A model generated the notes under the pieces. That model worked only from the letters and a program-made list of their open reading frames with translations. It ran no database searches and was not told where the DNA came from. From Vicugna vicugna (lineage: Eukaryota), in contig MU058815.1 in assembly GCA_013265495.1 (NCBI GenBank), positions 690,523-754,522 of the forward strand: 64,000 nucleotides of DNA. The letters run 5' to 3'. How positions within the stretch are numbered: the stretch's first letter is position 1; the number at the start of each line of letters is the position of its first letter. Below are positions 27,114 to 38,527 of this stretch, one piece after another. A program made the position numbers and the translations under genes.

Positions 27114-27239
27114 CACCATGGTCTTTAAATAGTGGATATTATTACATTTTAGAATTGAAGGAAGATAAAATATTAATGCACGTGAATAGAACTTAAAATG
27201 CAGTTGCAAAGATTTAAGATGATAGTTATTATAAAGATA

Positions 27240-28470
27240 AATGGTTGATTTTTGACAGAGGTGCTAAGACAATTCATTGGGAAATTGATAGCTTTTTCAA
27301 TCAGTCATGCTGTGACAGTTGGATATCAACATGCAAAAATTAATTTTGTCCCTTACCACGTGACATATTTAAAACTTAAAATGGGTAATAGACCTACATA
27401 AAAACTAAAACTTTACAATTTCTGTAAGAAAGCCTAGGAGAAGATCATCTTGACCTTGGGCTGTGCGGGAAGCAAATAGACATGCAAGCAAAAGCATAAT
27501 CTATAAAAGAAAAACGTGAATTTATTAAATTTAAAATATTTGTGTTTCAAAAGACACAATTAAGAAAATTAAAAACAAGCCACATAATGGGAGAATGTAT
27601 TTGCAAATCATATGTCTGATAAAGGACATGCATCCAGAATACATTAAAAAAAACTCTTACAATTCGATAGTACAAAACCAAAGAATCCAATTAAAATATG
27701 GGCAAAAGATCTGAATATAAATTTCATTCAAGAAGATGTATAGATGGCTTATTGGCACATGAAGTGATACTCAATATCTGTAGTCACTAGGGAAATGCAA
27801 ATTAAAAATCACAGTGAGATGTCCCTTCACAATCACTCTGATTGTTGTAATAAAAAATAGACAACGATAAATGCTGTTGATGATGTGGTGAAACTGGAAT
27901 CCTCATTATTGTTCATGCTGAGGATGTAAAGTGGTTCCACTTTGGAAGACAGTTTGACAGTTTCTTAAAAAGCAAACATACCATATGACCCAGCAAATGT
28001 CATAGCAGGGTTATTCATAACAGTTCTAAACTGGAAGTGATCCAAATATCTATCAACTGGTGAATGCAGGATAAAATGTCATATATAAATGCAATGGAAT
28101 ACTATTTAGCAATAAAAAGAAAAATCTATTAATACATGCAACATCAATGAACCTCAGAAACATTATACTAAGTGAAAGAATTTTTATTTAAATCATGGTG
28201 TATGATTTATGGTGTGATTTCATTTATCTGAGATCTCCAGAAAATTTATAGGACCAGAAGCAGATTAATGGTTGACTAGGCCTGGGTGTGGGAGCATGGA
28301 TTAACAGACCTGAAAACTTTGGCAGGGGGTTATAAAATGTTCCAAAATTGGGTTGTGATGATGACTGTACAGTTCTACACATTTTCAAAATAATTATTAA
28401 ATTGTATGTGTGGTTATAATGGGTGAATATAATGGTTTCTAAATTATGCCTCAATAAAAATGTTAAATAA
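27240..28470 (+). mobile_element. Old L1 (L1MB-like) ORF2 C-terminal region plus 3'UTR
   Basis: ttttgacagaggtgctaagacaattcattgg...tgggcaaaagatctgaat...gaacctcagaaacattatactaagtgaaagaa...aaattatgcctcaataaa. Confidence 0.85.
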
Positions 28471-28769
28471 ATAGAAATGAATACGCACACATAAAGGCAG
28501 AAGATTTGAATGGACACTTCACTGATGAAAATAAATGAATAGCTAATACGGGCATGGAAAATTGCAGAACACCTGTATTAATTTGTATTGCTGGTGTAAC
28601 AAACTACCACAAATGCAGTGGCTTGAAACAACACAAATTTATTATATTCCAGTTCTGTAGATTCCAAGGCCAACGTGGGTCTCACTGGGCTAAAATCAAG
28701 ATGTTAGCAAGGCTGTACTCCTCTCTGGAGACCCGAGGGGAGGATCCTTTACTTTGATTTTTTTTCCAA

Positions 28770-28900
28770 TTTTTGTTTGTTTCTTGGGGGGAGGTAATTA
28801 AGTTTATTTATTTATTTATTTTAATGGAGGTACTGGGGATTGAACCCAGGACCTCGTGCGTGCTAGGCACGCACTGTACCACTGAGCTTTACCCTCCCCC
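28770..28900 (-). mobile_element. tRNA-derived SINE (Vic-1-like)
   Basis: ggggaggtaattaagtttatttattt...ggggattgaacccaggacc...accactgagctttaccctcccc. Confidence 0.9.
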
Positions 28901-29012
28901 TCTTCCCTTGCCTTTCCTAGTTCTGTACAGAGCGCCCACACAATTTGACCTCTGCTCCCTTCTACAGCGAAAAGCAGCAACGCCTTCTCTGTTCCCTTCT
29001 CACATTCCATTA

Positions 29013-29249
29013 GAGTTGACCCTTGAACAGTGCGGGTGTGAACTGCAGGGGTCACGATATGAGAACTTTGTTCAACAGTAAATACTGTAGCACTACGCCT
29101 TCCATGGTGGGTTGAATCCTGGGACGTGGAACCACAGATACAGAGGAAATGAACTCCATGTATTTAGGGTCGACTGTAAATTACACGTGGATTTTTGGTG
29201 GTGTGAAGGGTGGGTGCTCCTAAGCCTCGAGTTGTTCAAGAACCAACTG
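29013..29249. mobile_element. MER8 (Tigger2-derived) MITE
   Basis: Terminal inverted repeats (g)agttgacccttgaacag ... gttgttcaagaaccaactg, ~237 bp, preceded by TA. Confidence 0.85.
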
Positions 29250-29822
29250 TGCTCTGACCTCCTCTTCTGCCTCCCTCTTCCACTTTAAGAATCTTTTTGA
29301 TAACGTTGGGCCCATCCGAGATAATGCTTCTATTTTAACGTCAGCTAATTCTGCAACCTTAATTTCCCTGTGCCACGTAAGATAACATACTCACAGGTTC
29401 TAAGGCTTAGGGCATGGACATCTTCGGGGGACCTATAGAAACATTCGGTCTTTAGGCAGACACAGATTAAACCCACTTTGCAATACCCCAATAACTACAC
29501 ACTTACTATAATGACAAAAAATAAAAAGACTGACAAGGGTGTGGAGGGACTGGAGTGCTCGTTTACTGCTGCAAGGTGAAAAACAGTTTGACACTGTCTC
29601 AAAAATGTAGATGTTTATCTAGCATAAAGTCCAGCTGCTCTATTTCCAGCTATTTGCCCAAAATGCATGAAATCATATATCCATGCAAAAGCTTGCACGC
29701 AAATGTTTGTAGCCGCATTATTGAACAAAACCTGATGGCCATCAACAGTTGAATTAAAATATACAGTGTAATCCATACAGTGGAATACTGCTCAGCCTTA
29801 CTGAGGAATGGAATCCTCACAT

Positions 29823-30040
29823 CAGGGCTTCTCAGCCTCCCTGCTGTTGGCATTTTGGGTCAGAGAATTCTCTGTTGTGGGGGGGGTTCTGTGTATTGCA
29901 GGATCATGCCTGACCTGTATCCACTAGATTCCAGTACCAGCTTCTTGCTCCTGACCCACAATCGTGGAAACCAAAAATGTCTTGTGACGTTGCCAAATGT
30001 ACCCTGTGGAGACAACGTCACCTCTCTTTGGTAGTCACTG
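29823..30040 (-). mobile_element. MER20 hAT MITE
   Basis: cagggcttctcagcc...tatccactagattccagtacc...aaccaaaaatgtc...ttgccaaatgtaccctg...cactg. Confidence 0.8.
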
Positions 30041-30344
30041 ATGTAAACTTTGTCCTGGCGGCTTTGTTCAAGTATGTGATTTGTCCCTAATTCAGTTGTC
30101 CTTTGCAGTATGCAGACATTGCTTAGAAAAATTTAAACATTGTTTAAACAAATAAATGAATGAATACAATCAAGATTCTATGATCAAGTGGATAAAAGAT
30201 ACAGATACATGTGTTCAGAATTGAGGAATACAACTTGCAAATTATTTTCTAAGATCTTTGCTTTACACATTTATTGTATTTATTTTTTTTATTACAGTAT
30301 AGTTGATGAATGTTTTAATAAATATGCCTTTTTTGGCCAACTTG

Positions 30345-30432
30345 CTTTTATTTTATTTGATTTTTTATTGACGTATAGTCAGTTCACAATGTTGTGTTAA
30401 TTTCTGGTGTACAGCATAATGTTTCAGTCATC
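30345..30432 (-). mobile_element. Short L1 3' tail
   Basis: ttttattgacgtatagtcagttcacaatgttgtgttaatttctggtgtacagcataatgtttcagtcat. Confidence 0.8.
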
Positions 30433-31017
30433 CCTTTACATACGTATAAAATATGCCTTCTTTAATTAAGTTTCAGAATGTCCTTGATAGGTTTCCAAAA
30501 GATTCAGTTTTATCACTTTGCTTAAGGGAAGGCGTCGCTTCTGTGTTTGTAGAAACAATGTATGTCTTTGCACTAGGTCTGAAAGTACCTGCTGTGTAGT
30601 TCGAAGCAATGAAATCTTTTTAGGATTTGGGCGTAGCTCTGAAACATAGCCATCCCGTGCTTTCCGGGGGTGCGCTCACTAGTTACAGTGTGGCTCGGGG
30701 CTTACCATGCCTTGTGATGCTGTGGACCTGAAGTTATTACAAGCCGCCCACAGAAATCAATATCGCTGCTTCCTACGAATGTGATTAAATCAGAACAAGA
30801 CTTAGGGGCAGAATGTGATGCGGGATTTCTCCATACGCTTGATTTCAAAACTCCATTGAAGAGACACGGCTTTTTTCATCGATCCTGTTGCCCTTAGTGA
30901 AGGATGCTACGCCAAGATTTTCGAGAGAGAACTCAAAATAAAGCTCGTAGGCTGGGAAGGCCGGTGTGAGACTCTCCTGGGCACTGTCATCTCTAAGTAG
31001 AGAATTATCTATATCTT

Positions 31018-31508
31018 GTTTGTTTATTTTTAAAATTGATTTATTTTTATTGACGTAAGTCAGTTTACAAGGCATCAATTTCTGGTACGGCATAATGTTG
31101 CCATCATACATACATTCCTTTTTGTGTTCTTCATTATAGGTTACTACAAGATATTGAAAACTTTCCTGTAGTATACAGAAGAATCTTGTTGTTTATCTTT
31201 TTTTTTAATTATCTTTTTTTTTAATGGGGGGAGGTAATTGGGTTTATTTTTTTATTTATCTTTTTAATGGAGGTACTGAGGATTGAACCCGGGACCTCAT
31301 GCTTGCTAAGCATGTGCTCTACCGCTGAGCTGTACCCCCCAACCCGTTGTTTATCCACTTTTGTGAGGATTCTTCTTGTATTTCAAAGTAAGAGATACTC
31401 TGCCAAAGCTCAGGAGGTATCTGGATGAACTGTTCAGTCCATCGATGCCGTTTTTGTTGTATTATGGGAGGGGGTGAGCAAGTCATCCTTCTACTCAGCC
31501 ATCTTGGC
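31018..31508 (-). mobile_element. Bipartite, internally deleted L1 (5'UTR start fused to 3'UTR end), interrupted by a SINE
   Basis: Minus strand begins gccaagatggctgagtagaagg (L1 5' YY1 motif) for ~150 bp, then switches at tggataaacaacaag to an L1 3'UTR ending taaactgacttacgtcaataaaaataaa. Confidence 0.75.
31198..31345 (-). mobile_element. tRNA-derived SINE (Vic-1-like)
   Basis: SINE body on the minus strand with a perfect TSD gttgtttatc at 31188-31197 and 31346-31355. Confidence 0.92.
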
Positions 31509-31679
31509 GATACATCTTTTTAAAATAAGGAAAAAAAGTAGTGAAACATGGAGAGCGATAAGTAACTGCTCCAGAATTAGCCACTGCCCCCATAAAAGAA
31601 AAAGTAAATCATTTTGTTATTGAAAGAATTATTGAGACCTTTTAAGTTCTCATTATCTGAAGAATTCTTGATCCAAAAG

Positions 31680-31743
31680 ATTTATATATATATACATATG
31701 TATAGATTTATATATATATATATACACACATATATATATGTAT
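31680..31743. repeat. (TA)n/(CA)n compound microsatellite with a duplicated gatttatatata unit
   Basis: Directly visible in the sequence. Confidence 0.85.
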
Positions 31744-32565
31744 TTAATAATTGACATGGCTTCCATTGTGGCTTTCAGCCATAATATTGAAAAAACAAAA
31801 CAAAGTATCATGTTTGGAGAAAGGACCTCTGGGAGCCAGACAGGAAGACACGTTACCTACGTGCAGAGCGCAGAGAAAATTAACACGTGGGAGAAAGACA
31901 TCTCTTTTTCTATCTGGAATGTCAGAGGTGGGTAAATGCGCAGTGCCCTTCAGGGTGAACTCAGTTAGTGTGGCTGATCACCATCTTTTATCATCCCTTT
32001 GGAAATTAAACACCATCACCAGAGGACAATAAAACCATAGCTAATATTTGACTGATTGATTAAAAAATTCTGCAATCTACTCAACTCCATTTCTTTCCTT
32101 AACCTGAACTACGTGTGTCTGTGTAAATGGTGCATGAACTGACCTGACGTTTAGGTTCTTGGAACTATACAAAGTAACAGTGTGACAACCTAAACTCCTC
32201 TCAAGATTCGCAGAAGATTGAGAAGTGAATTTTAGGAACCAATTGCTACCTCAGTTATAAAAGCCTGCCAAAATATTTTCTATATGGTCCACAAATAACA
32301 CTAAATTTTGGCTAAAAGTGAGTTTCCTCTATTATCAATGTCACTGTTATTCCTTTGTGAAAAATGAAGGTTTGAAATATACCAGAGGGCTCCCCCTATA
32401 CAAGAAAAGTATGTTTTCAAGATGTACCTACATAGAAAAGTTTGTGAGTAAGATTTAGGATAGAGAGACCTGTTGGTGGGTGAAAAAATAAATACACAGA
32501 GCTTATTCTTTGAAGGTCGGGAAATGATTGTGAGAGTAACTTATGGGCAGAATGATTCATGTGTG

Positions 32566-33174
32566 TGTTAACCAAAATTTCAGAGCTGAAGCCCTGATTG
32601 AAATAAAGAATGTTTATTTTGAGTTTGCTGCCCAGGAGACAAAGATTCAAGGAGCACCTGAATTGTGTCCCGCTGACCACAAAGGCTTATCAAGGCAGAA
32701 ACTGCAAGGCCACAATTAGTTGTATGAATTGTTTGTCAAGAATTATAATCGCAGCTGGAAAGAAGTAAGGGTTCTTGTCAAGCAAGGATCAGTTGTGGTC
32801 CGAAATGGTCGCTTAGTTTCAAGAGGGAATAACCTTGAGATGCAAGGTTGCAGTTAGCAGATGTGGTGTTCTTTGTTTGTTTGTTTTTTATTGAAGTACA
32901 ATCAGTTACAATGTGTCAGTTTCTGGTGTGCAGCACAATGTCATGCATACACATCCATGTATTCATTTTCATCTTCTTTTTCATTGAAGGTCATTACAAG
33001 ATATTGAATATAGTTGCAAATGTGGTTTTAAAAACAACTAATGTCCTGGCTTTGGTACAGTTCACAGAAAGTTCAGGTTCTCAGTGGTGGGGGGATGTGT
33101 CTGAGACCATGTCCCCAGTGGCTGCCCAACTCCGTTTTGTGTGCTTGACCTCTGATAACTGCATTATGATTTCA
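32566..33174 (-). mobile_element. Probable ERV1-type solo LTR (boundaries approximate), interrupted by an L1 tail
   Basis: Begins tgttaaccaaaa (..TTAACA on minus). Antisense poly(A) signal tttatt ~32613. ggagacaaagattcaaggagcacctgaattgtg resembles MER-type LTR U5. Confidence 0.5.
32872..33015 (-). mobile_element. Short L1 3' tail
   Basis: ttttattgaagtacaatcagttacaatg...cattacaagatattgaatatagtt. TSD gcagatgtggtgtt / gcaaatgtggtttt. Confidence 0.85.
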
Positions 33175-33691
33175 ACCTCTCTTCATGGATCGTCTGTACT
33201 GGTTGTTGGGAGGCCCAGAGTCAAATTTGCTGTCCACCCTGAGATCTGTCACTTCTGTACTGAATTCCTCTGGCCTCACCTTACTGTGAGATCCATCAAG
33301 AGGAGCATCATACAGAAGTGATGCTGGTGTGTGAGCAGATGTGAGGTGGGGGTCTGTTCCCTGATGGCTTCACTCTTCTCAGTGAAGCAGGGAGCAAGGT
33401 TATTGATGGGGAAGGAGGTCCTGGGGGCCGAGGAAGGAGAAGATGTGAAATATTTGTGCAGGAAAGTGGGGGACTGAGGACCAGAGAAGCACGGTGGGAT
33501 TGCCAGGCGGTGCTGAGCCCGTCGAGGAGCTCACGGCCGCCCCGGACCTGCCGCAGGGCTTGCGTGGGCTTCCCCAGCTGTGCAGGTGCAACCATGCAGG
33601 ACTGAACTAGACTGGCTTGGAGTGTAGATTTTGAAAGTTTTAGATCTCTGACACACGAGGCTTTATTTACACTCTTGCCTGGGGCCACACA

Positions 33692-33774
33692 GACGCCGAA
33701 TCACGATGCTGTAGACCAGAAATTAACACAACGTTGTAAATCAGCGATACTTTAATAAAATTAAAAAAAAAAAA
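33692..33774 (+). mobile_element. Short L1 3' tail
   Basis: gaatcacgatgctgtagaccagaaattaacacaacgttgtaaatcagcgatactttaataaaa plus poly(A). Confidence 0.8.
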
Positions 33775-34769
33775 GACCCAGTGTGGAGAGTTCAGGATGA
33801 TGAGATCACAGTCACGTCTTAATGCAGAACTGAAGAGAAACAGCATGTGAGCACCAGGCTATGGACCAGATGGCTGCAGTGCCACCCTCTGTCCCGGAGC
33901 AGCGGCTCCATCTGTGGGCCGGGACATCCCATTCGGAGATGGGAGCAGCAGACAGAAAAAGCTGCTGGAGTGGGAGATGGGGAGATGGGGAGTTGGGCAG
34001 CGCTCTGGTGTTTGCAGCCTCCATGGGGAGCCAAGGTCCCCTGAAGTCCTGGTCATTCCAGCAACTCCTGGATTCATCTCGTCTGAGTGTGTGTGTCTGA
34101 CCACATCAGCATGGCTATTTAAATCATATCAAAAGAAAGTCACTTAAATTATTTTAATTGCTCCCTAGGGAAAATATCCAATTTATTTTGGGGAAGGAAG
34201 GCTGGTGGTCGATTTTTTTATGTGGCCCAATCTTTGCAGCAGGTATTTTTTTCCCCCTCACTTTGTAAGTTTTGATGGAGAGCCAAGCTCACTTCTGGCT
34301 CCAACCCTGCAATGTCTGGCTTACCTTCCAGAGCCCTTTCCGGCCGGCCCAGGGACGTGGGCCCGGGAGCTCGGTCAGCTCCAGGGCAGGGGACCAGAGC
34401 GGCGGGAAACACGTGGCAGCACGGGGGTCGCGGGCAGCCGTGCTGGCGGCATGGGCGAGCATGTGCCACCCTGGCCCCCTCTGTCCCTCAGCCTGGGGGA
34501 CTGGCCCTTGTCTCCTCCGCTTCCTCAAACTATCACCCTTGGCAAAAATGATTATTTTAAACTATTTTCCACCCCGTTGTTTATTTATTATCTTGCAGAC
34601 CTGGCTGTGGGTTTACATGGCAGTGGTTATGTTCATTAGCTTGGAATCCGTAGCTGGATTTGTTATTGATTTGTTCTTTTCTCTGAGTTGTTCTTGGATT
34701 CCTTTTGCCTTCATGTATTTTTTTAAATCGAAGTATAGTCAGTTTACATGAAACTTATATAACTGGGCC

Positions 34770-34893
34770 TTTATTTTGGGCGGGGAGGGGGCGAGATTAG
34801 GTTTATTTATTTTTTAATGGAGGTACAGGGGATTGAACCCAGGACGTCATGCATGCTAGGCAGACACTGTACCACTGAGCCATACCCTCCCCC
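34770..34893 (-). mobile_element. tRNA-derived SINE (Vic-1-like)
   Basis: ttaggtttatttattttttaatggaggtacaggggattgaacccagg...accactgagccataccctcccc. Confidence 0.9.
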
Positions 34894-35563
34894 TGGATTC
34901 CTTTTGCTTTATCAAGACACCAGGGTTCTGGTCCAGCATCTCCTGGCAGGGGAGGTCTATGCATCCAATTCAAAGCTGTCTGAAGTCTGGTTCTCGCTTC
35001 CTTATCTAACAGCCCTTCATGTTTCTCCCAAGTTGGACCTTATTTCTGCTTCCGCCACCCCCACGCCCTCCTCCTGGTGCTGCCCCCACTGCTTCCCTCT
35101 GAGAACAGGGCTTTTCCCCTCTCCACCTGTCCAAACCCGCCCAGGCCCGTTTCTCCGATAAATTCCTTTTGCTAGTAGTTACTGGCAACGCTGATCACAC
35201 GCAACTCTGTAATGTTCCTTGTATTTGTAACTCGCGTAAATTAAATGGTAGAAAGATTAAACAGTAAAACCTCTGGGTTACTGTTTCTGGGAACATACTT
35301 GATGGGATGTTGTATGTAGAATCAGAGGTTCAATTTCAGCAGTAATAAGTGTTTCCCACGAAGAGAGGCATAAAAGAAATCAGTTCTGCTTCTGTAAAGG
35401 TTAGAGGGTTGGAAAAGTGCGCAAAAGGAGTCAGCAGCGCAAAGACCAGCAGCGAGAACTGCATTCCAGCCGTGAACACAGATGCTTTGATGATAAGGAG
35501 AAAGTGTAGGATCTAGAGATGGCGATCAACTGACACCAGCCTAGTGTCTAAGCCTGTATTTCT

Positions 35564-36073
35564 TTTTTTTTTAAACATTTTTTATTGATTTATAATCATT
35601 TTACAATGTTGTGTCAAATTCCAGTGTAGAGCACAATTTTTCAGTTATACATGAACATACATATATTCACCGTCACATTTTTTTCTCTGTGAGCTACCAT
35701 AAGATCTTGTGTATATTTCCCTGTGCTCTACAGTATAATCTTGTTTATCTGTTCTACAGTTTTGAAATCCCGTCTATCTCTTCCTACCCCCCGCCCCCTT
35801 GGCAACCACAAGTTTGTATTCTATGTCTGTGAGTCTATTTCTGTTTTGTATTTATGCTTTGTTTGTTTGTTTTTTTAGATTCCACATATGAGCGATCTCA
35901 TATGGTATTTTTCTTTCTCTTTCTGGCTTACTTCACTTAGAATGACATTCTCCAGGAGCATCCATGTTGCTGCAAATGGTGTTATGTTGTTTTTTTTATG
36001 GCTGAGTAGTATTCCATTGTATAAATATACCATATCTTCTTTATCCAGTCATCTGTTGATTGACATTTAGATA
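35564..36073 (-). mobile_element. Young lineage-specific L1 3' end (510 bp)
   Basis: Poly(T), L1 3'UTR and ORF2 terminus. Perfect 14-bp TSD aagcctgtatttct at 35550-35563 and 36074-36087. Confidence 0.93.
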
Positions 36074-37139
36074 AAGCCTGTATTTCTAACAAACGCATAA
36101 GTGAACAAGTGTGTTCTATGGTTACAATCCTGCCATGAATGACAGACACCTGCTAGGTGCAGGGTGTCAGACCATTTGACTGTCATGATGTGAAGAAAGT
36201 CCCACCACATGCTGTTCTGGATTCGCATCTCAGGCTTCCAACTTGATGTATGGAATGAACAGTTAGAATCTGGTCCATTCATGTTATGTCACTTTCAAAT
36301 AAATACCTAGATCTGTATTAATTAGCATCTTATATCATGAAAGAGAATGTTGCGAGAATAAAGTATATTGCATGATATTTCATGATATTTCACTGAATAT
36401 GATTCTATTTGAAACCTTAAAACACTTACAGACCAATCCTATAGACAGATATGTATAAATAGAAATGCGTAAAACATACATTTAAAAAAAATCTCCAAAA
36501 TGAAGGGATATAAAGAGGATTTCAAATTCATTAGTGGTGTTTTATTTCTTTAATTAAAAAAGATGGAAGCCAATACCACAAAGTAGTTTTTTCCCCCTTC
36601 TGGGTAAAAAGTACATTATATTAATCTCTGCACTTGTATGAATAGTAATTTTTATATAATAATTCCTAGAGTCCCATTTCATTTCTCAAAGTGATGTTTT
36701 GCTTTTTGTAGGTAATTAGACTTGAGTCTCTTGAGTGTTCAGTGCGGAGCTCCAGCTCACAGAGCTCTGATCTTGAGACAAAAGAAAATTAAGACTTTAT
36801 AGTAAAGTGGGATAGAAAGGCAGACCCCATCAGGGCAAGGACCCCAGGGACAAGGATTAATGAGCACATGTACCCCATGTCACTCCATGTGTCTGACGGC
36901 ATTAGCAATCCATGAGCAACCACTGCTAGGAATTACTTAAAGGAAATTCCTTGGAGGTCAGAGATCTCATCCTTTGGCAAGGAGATACATTAAAAAAAAA
37001 AAAGAAACTAAACTAAATTCAATATGCATTAGGAACAGAATAAAAACGGTTAAAATTAGGGTTTTTTAAAATGGCAAATTATAAGATTTCTGTTGTGAAT
37101 TAAGTGTTACATTCCCCTTTTCCCCTTTGGGCAGTATTG

Positions 37140-37237
37140 CATAAAATAAAAAATAAAATAGAATAGAATAAAATAAAATAAATCCTTTTAAAAACAAAAT
37201 AAAATAAAACAGAATAAAATAAAATAAATCCTTTTAA
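37140..37237. repeat. (AAAAT)n-rich tandem duplication (~47-bp unit ending aaatccttttaa)
   Basis: agaataaaataaaataaatccttttaa occurs twice in tandem. Confidence 0.8.
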
Positions 37238-37599
37238 TCTCACTGTCAATCAGATTGATTGCCTGTGATCTTAAAAACAGTGTGAAATGGGCTTTGCCTC
37301 TTTAAGCGTGCTGGGACCTGAAGTGGAAGAGATAAGGCGAGGGCTGAACAGAGTGCCCCACGGTGCCTTCTGGTGTCAGATCTGGCGGTGGTGGGGAAGC
37401 TGGGAGCCGTGCTAAGGAGTGCTGACTTTGCGCCTCAGGAGACCAGATTGGGTACAATATGCATAGAGTTGAGACAATTCTATCTCCAATCCTTCACTCC
37501 CATCCACACCTGAGGTCACGTCCATCTGTCCTCTCTTCCTTTCGTACAGAAATTGCTCTACCCTAGATGATTGATTAATGGCTTCCCTGAAGCTTAATC

Positions 37600-37940
37600 T
37601 AATTGATAATTTTGTGTTGTCTTATGACCTCCAGGCAACATTTGATAGCACTGATCACTACTTTCTAGAAGTCCTCTCTCCCTTTAAGCATCCACGATTC
37701 CGTATCCCATTGGTGTTACTGTGACCTCTGTGATTACCTCATTGCGTGTCTTTCTCAGCCTTCTTTCAGCTGCCTTTAAAGGTCACTGTCCAATAAAATT
37801 CCATCATAAGCTGTCTTCCTATACACTCCTTATAGCACATGTAGGTCGTCATCTCTGTTTCCATGGCTTTAATCATTACACATATTCTGATGTTTTCTAA
37901 GTGTCTGTCCTTAGACTAGAACTCCTTCCTGAGTCACAAA
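37600..37940 (+). mobile_element. L2 LINE ORF2 (reverse transcriptase) remnant
   Basis: tatgacctccaggcaacatttgatagcactgatcac translates YDLQATFDSTDH, resembling L2 LDLSAAFDTVDH. Downstream catctctgtttccatggctttaatcattaca...ctccttcctgag is L2-like. Confidence 0.7.
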
Positions 37941-38527
37941 GCCCTGTCGACCACGTGCTGGTCAGATTCATGAAACTCTTCAGGGCAGAGACTTGTGGCC
38001 TTGCTCACCACCTCTCAGGGAACAGGTGGCAGACAAAGAGGAACCTGGTGTCTGATCCCTCTCCATGAGTTCAAAGTGTTTGAGATCACCAGACACCAGG
38101 TTTCTCTTTGTCTGCACGTGGTACTTGGGAGAAACACCAGGTCCTGAATTCCCTTATTGAAAGAGAAGTGGTCCAATCAGGTTTGGAAATAAAAAGCACA
38201 GTGTAGTAAAATGGCCTTTATAAGGGTCACGCATAAAAGGGAAAGTAACATTGAAATGAAATCAACAGAGGCAAATCTGTACTATTGAAAAGAAAATGAA
38301 AAGAAATTGGAGTGTACAATGTTAATATTTAATGGGAGATGGGCTTGAAGAATGAAGTGAGGCATATGCATAATCAACCAAGAAGGTATATCAAAACATT
38401 ATGCATTAAACAGTGGAGCAACCGAATACAGATCACAAACAGACCTTGACAAAAATAAAAATAATTATAGAATGAAATGTTTAATACACACTCTTAGAAA
38501 TGCATTTACTAAATTACAAAAGACAGA

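Larger units (their letters stand above)
28574..29433 (-). mobile_element. MLT1 (MaLR, MLT1C/D-like) LTR interrupted by a SINE and MER8, itself within an old L1 fragment (28490-29815)
   Basis: tgtattaatttgtattgctggtgtaacaaactaccacaaa...aacaacacaaatttatt...; resumes at 29250 and runs to ...cacaggttctaaggcttagggcatggacatcttcggggg. Confidence 0.8.

Noticed and set aside
30818..31000. Protein-looking frame (..FFIDPVALSEGCYAKIFERELKIKLVGWEGR..)
   Set aside because: In-frame stop upstream, no homology I can recognise and no splice signals. A BLASTX hit would be needed.
34205..34751. Long overlapping ORFs in a GC/CpG-rich patch
   Set aside because: Open frames on both strands are explained by local GC richness, and there is no homology.
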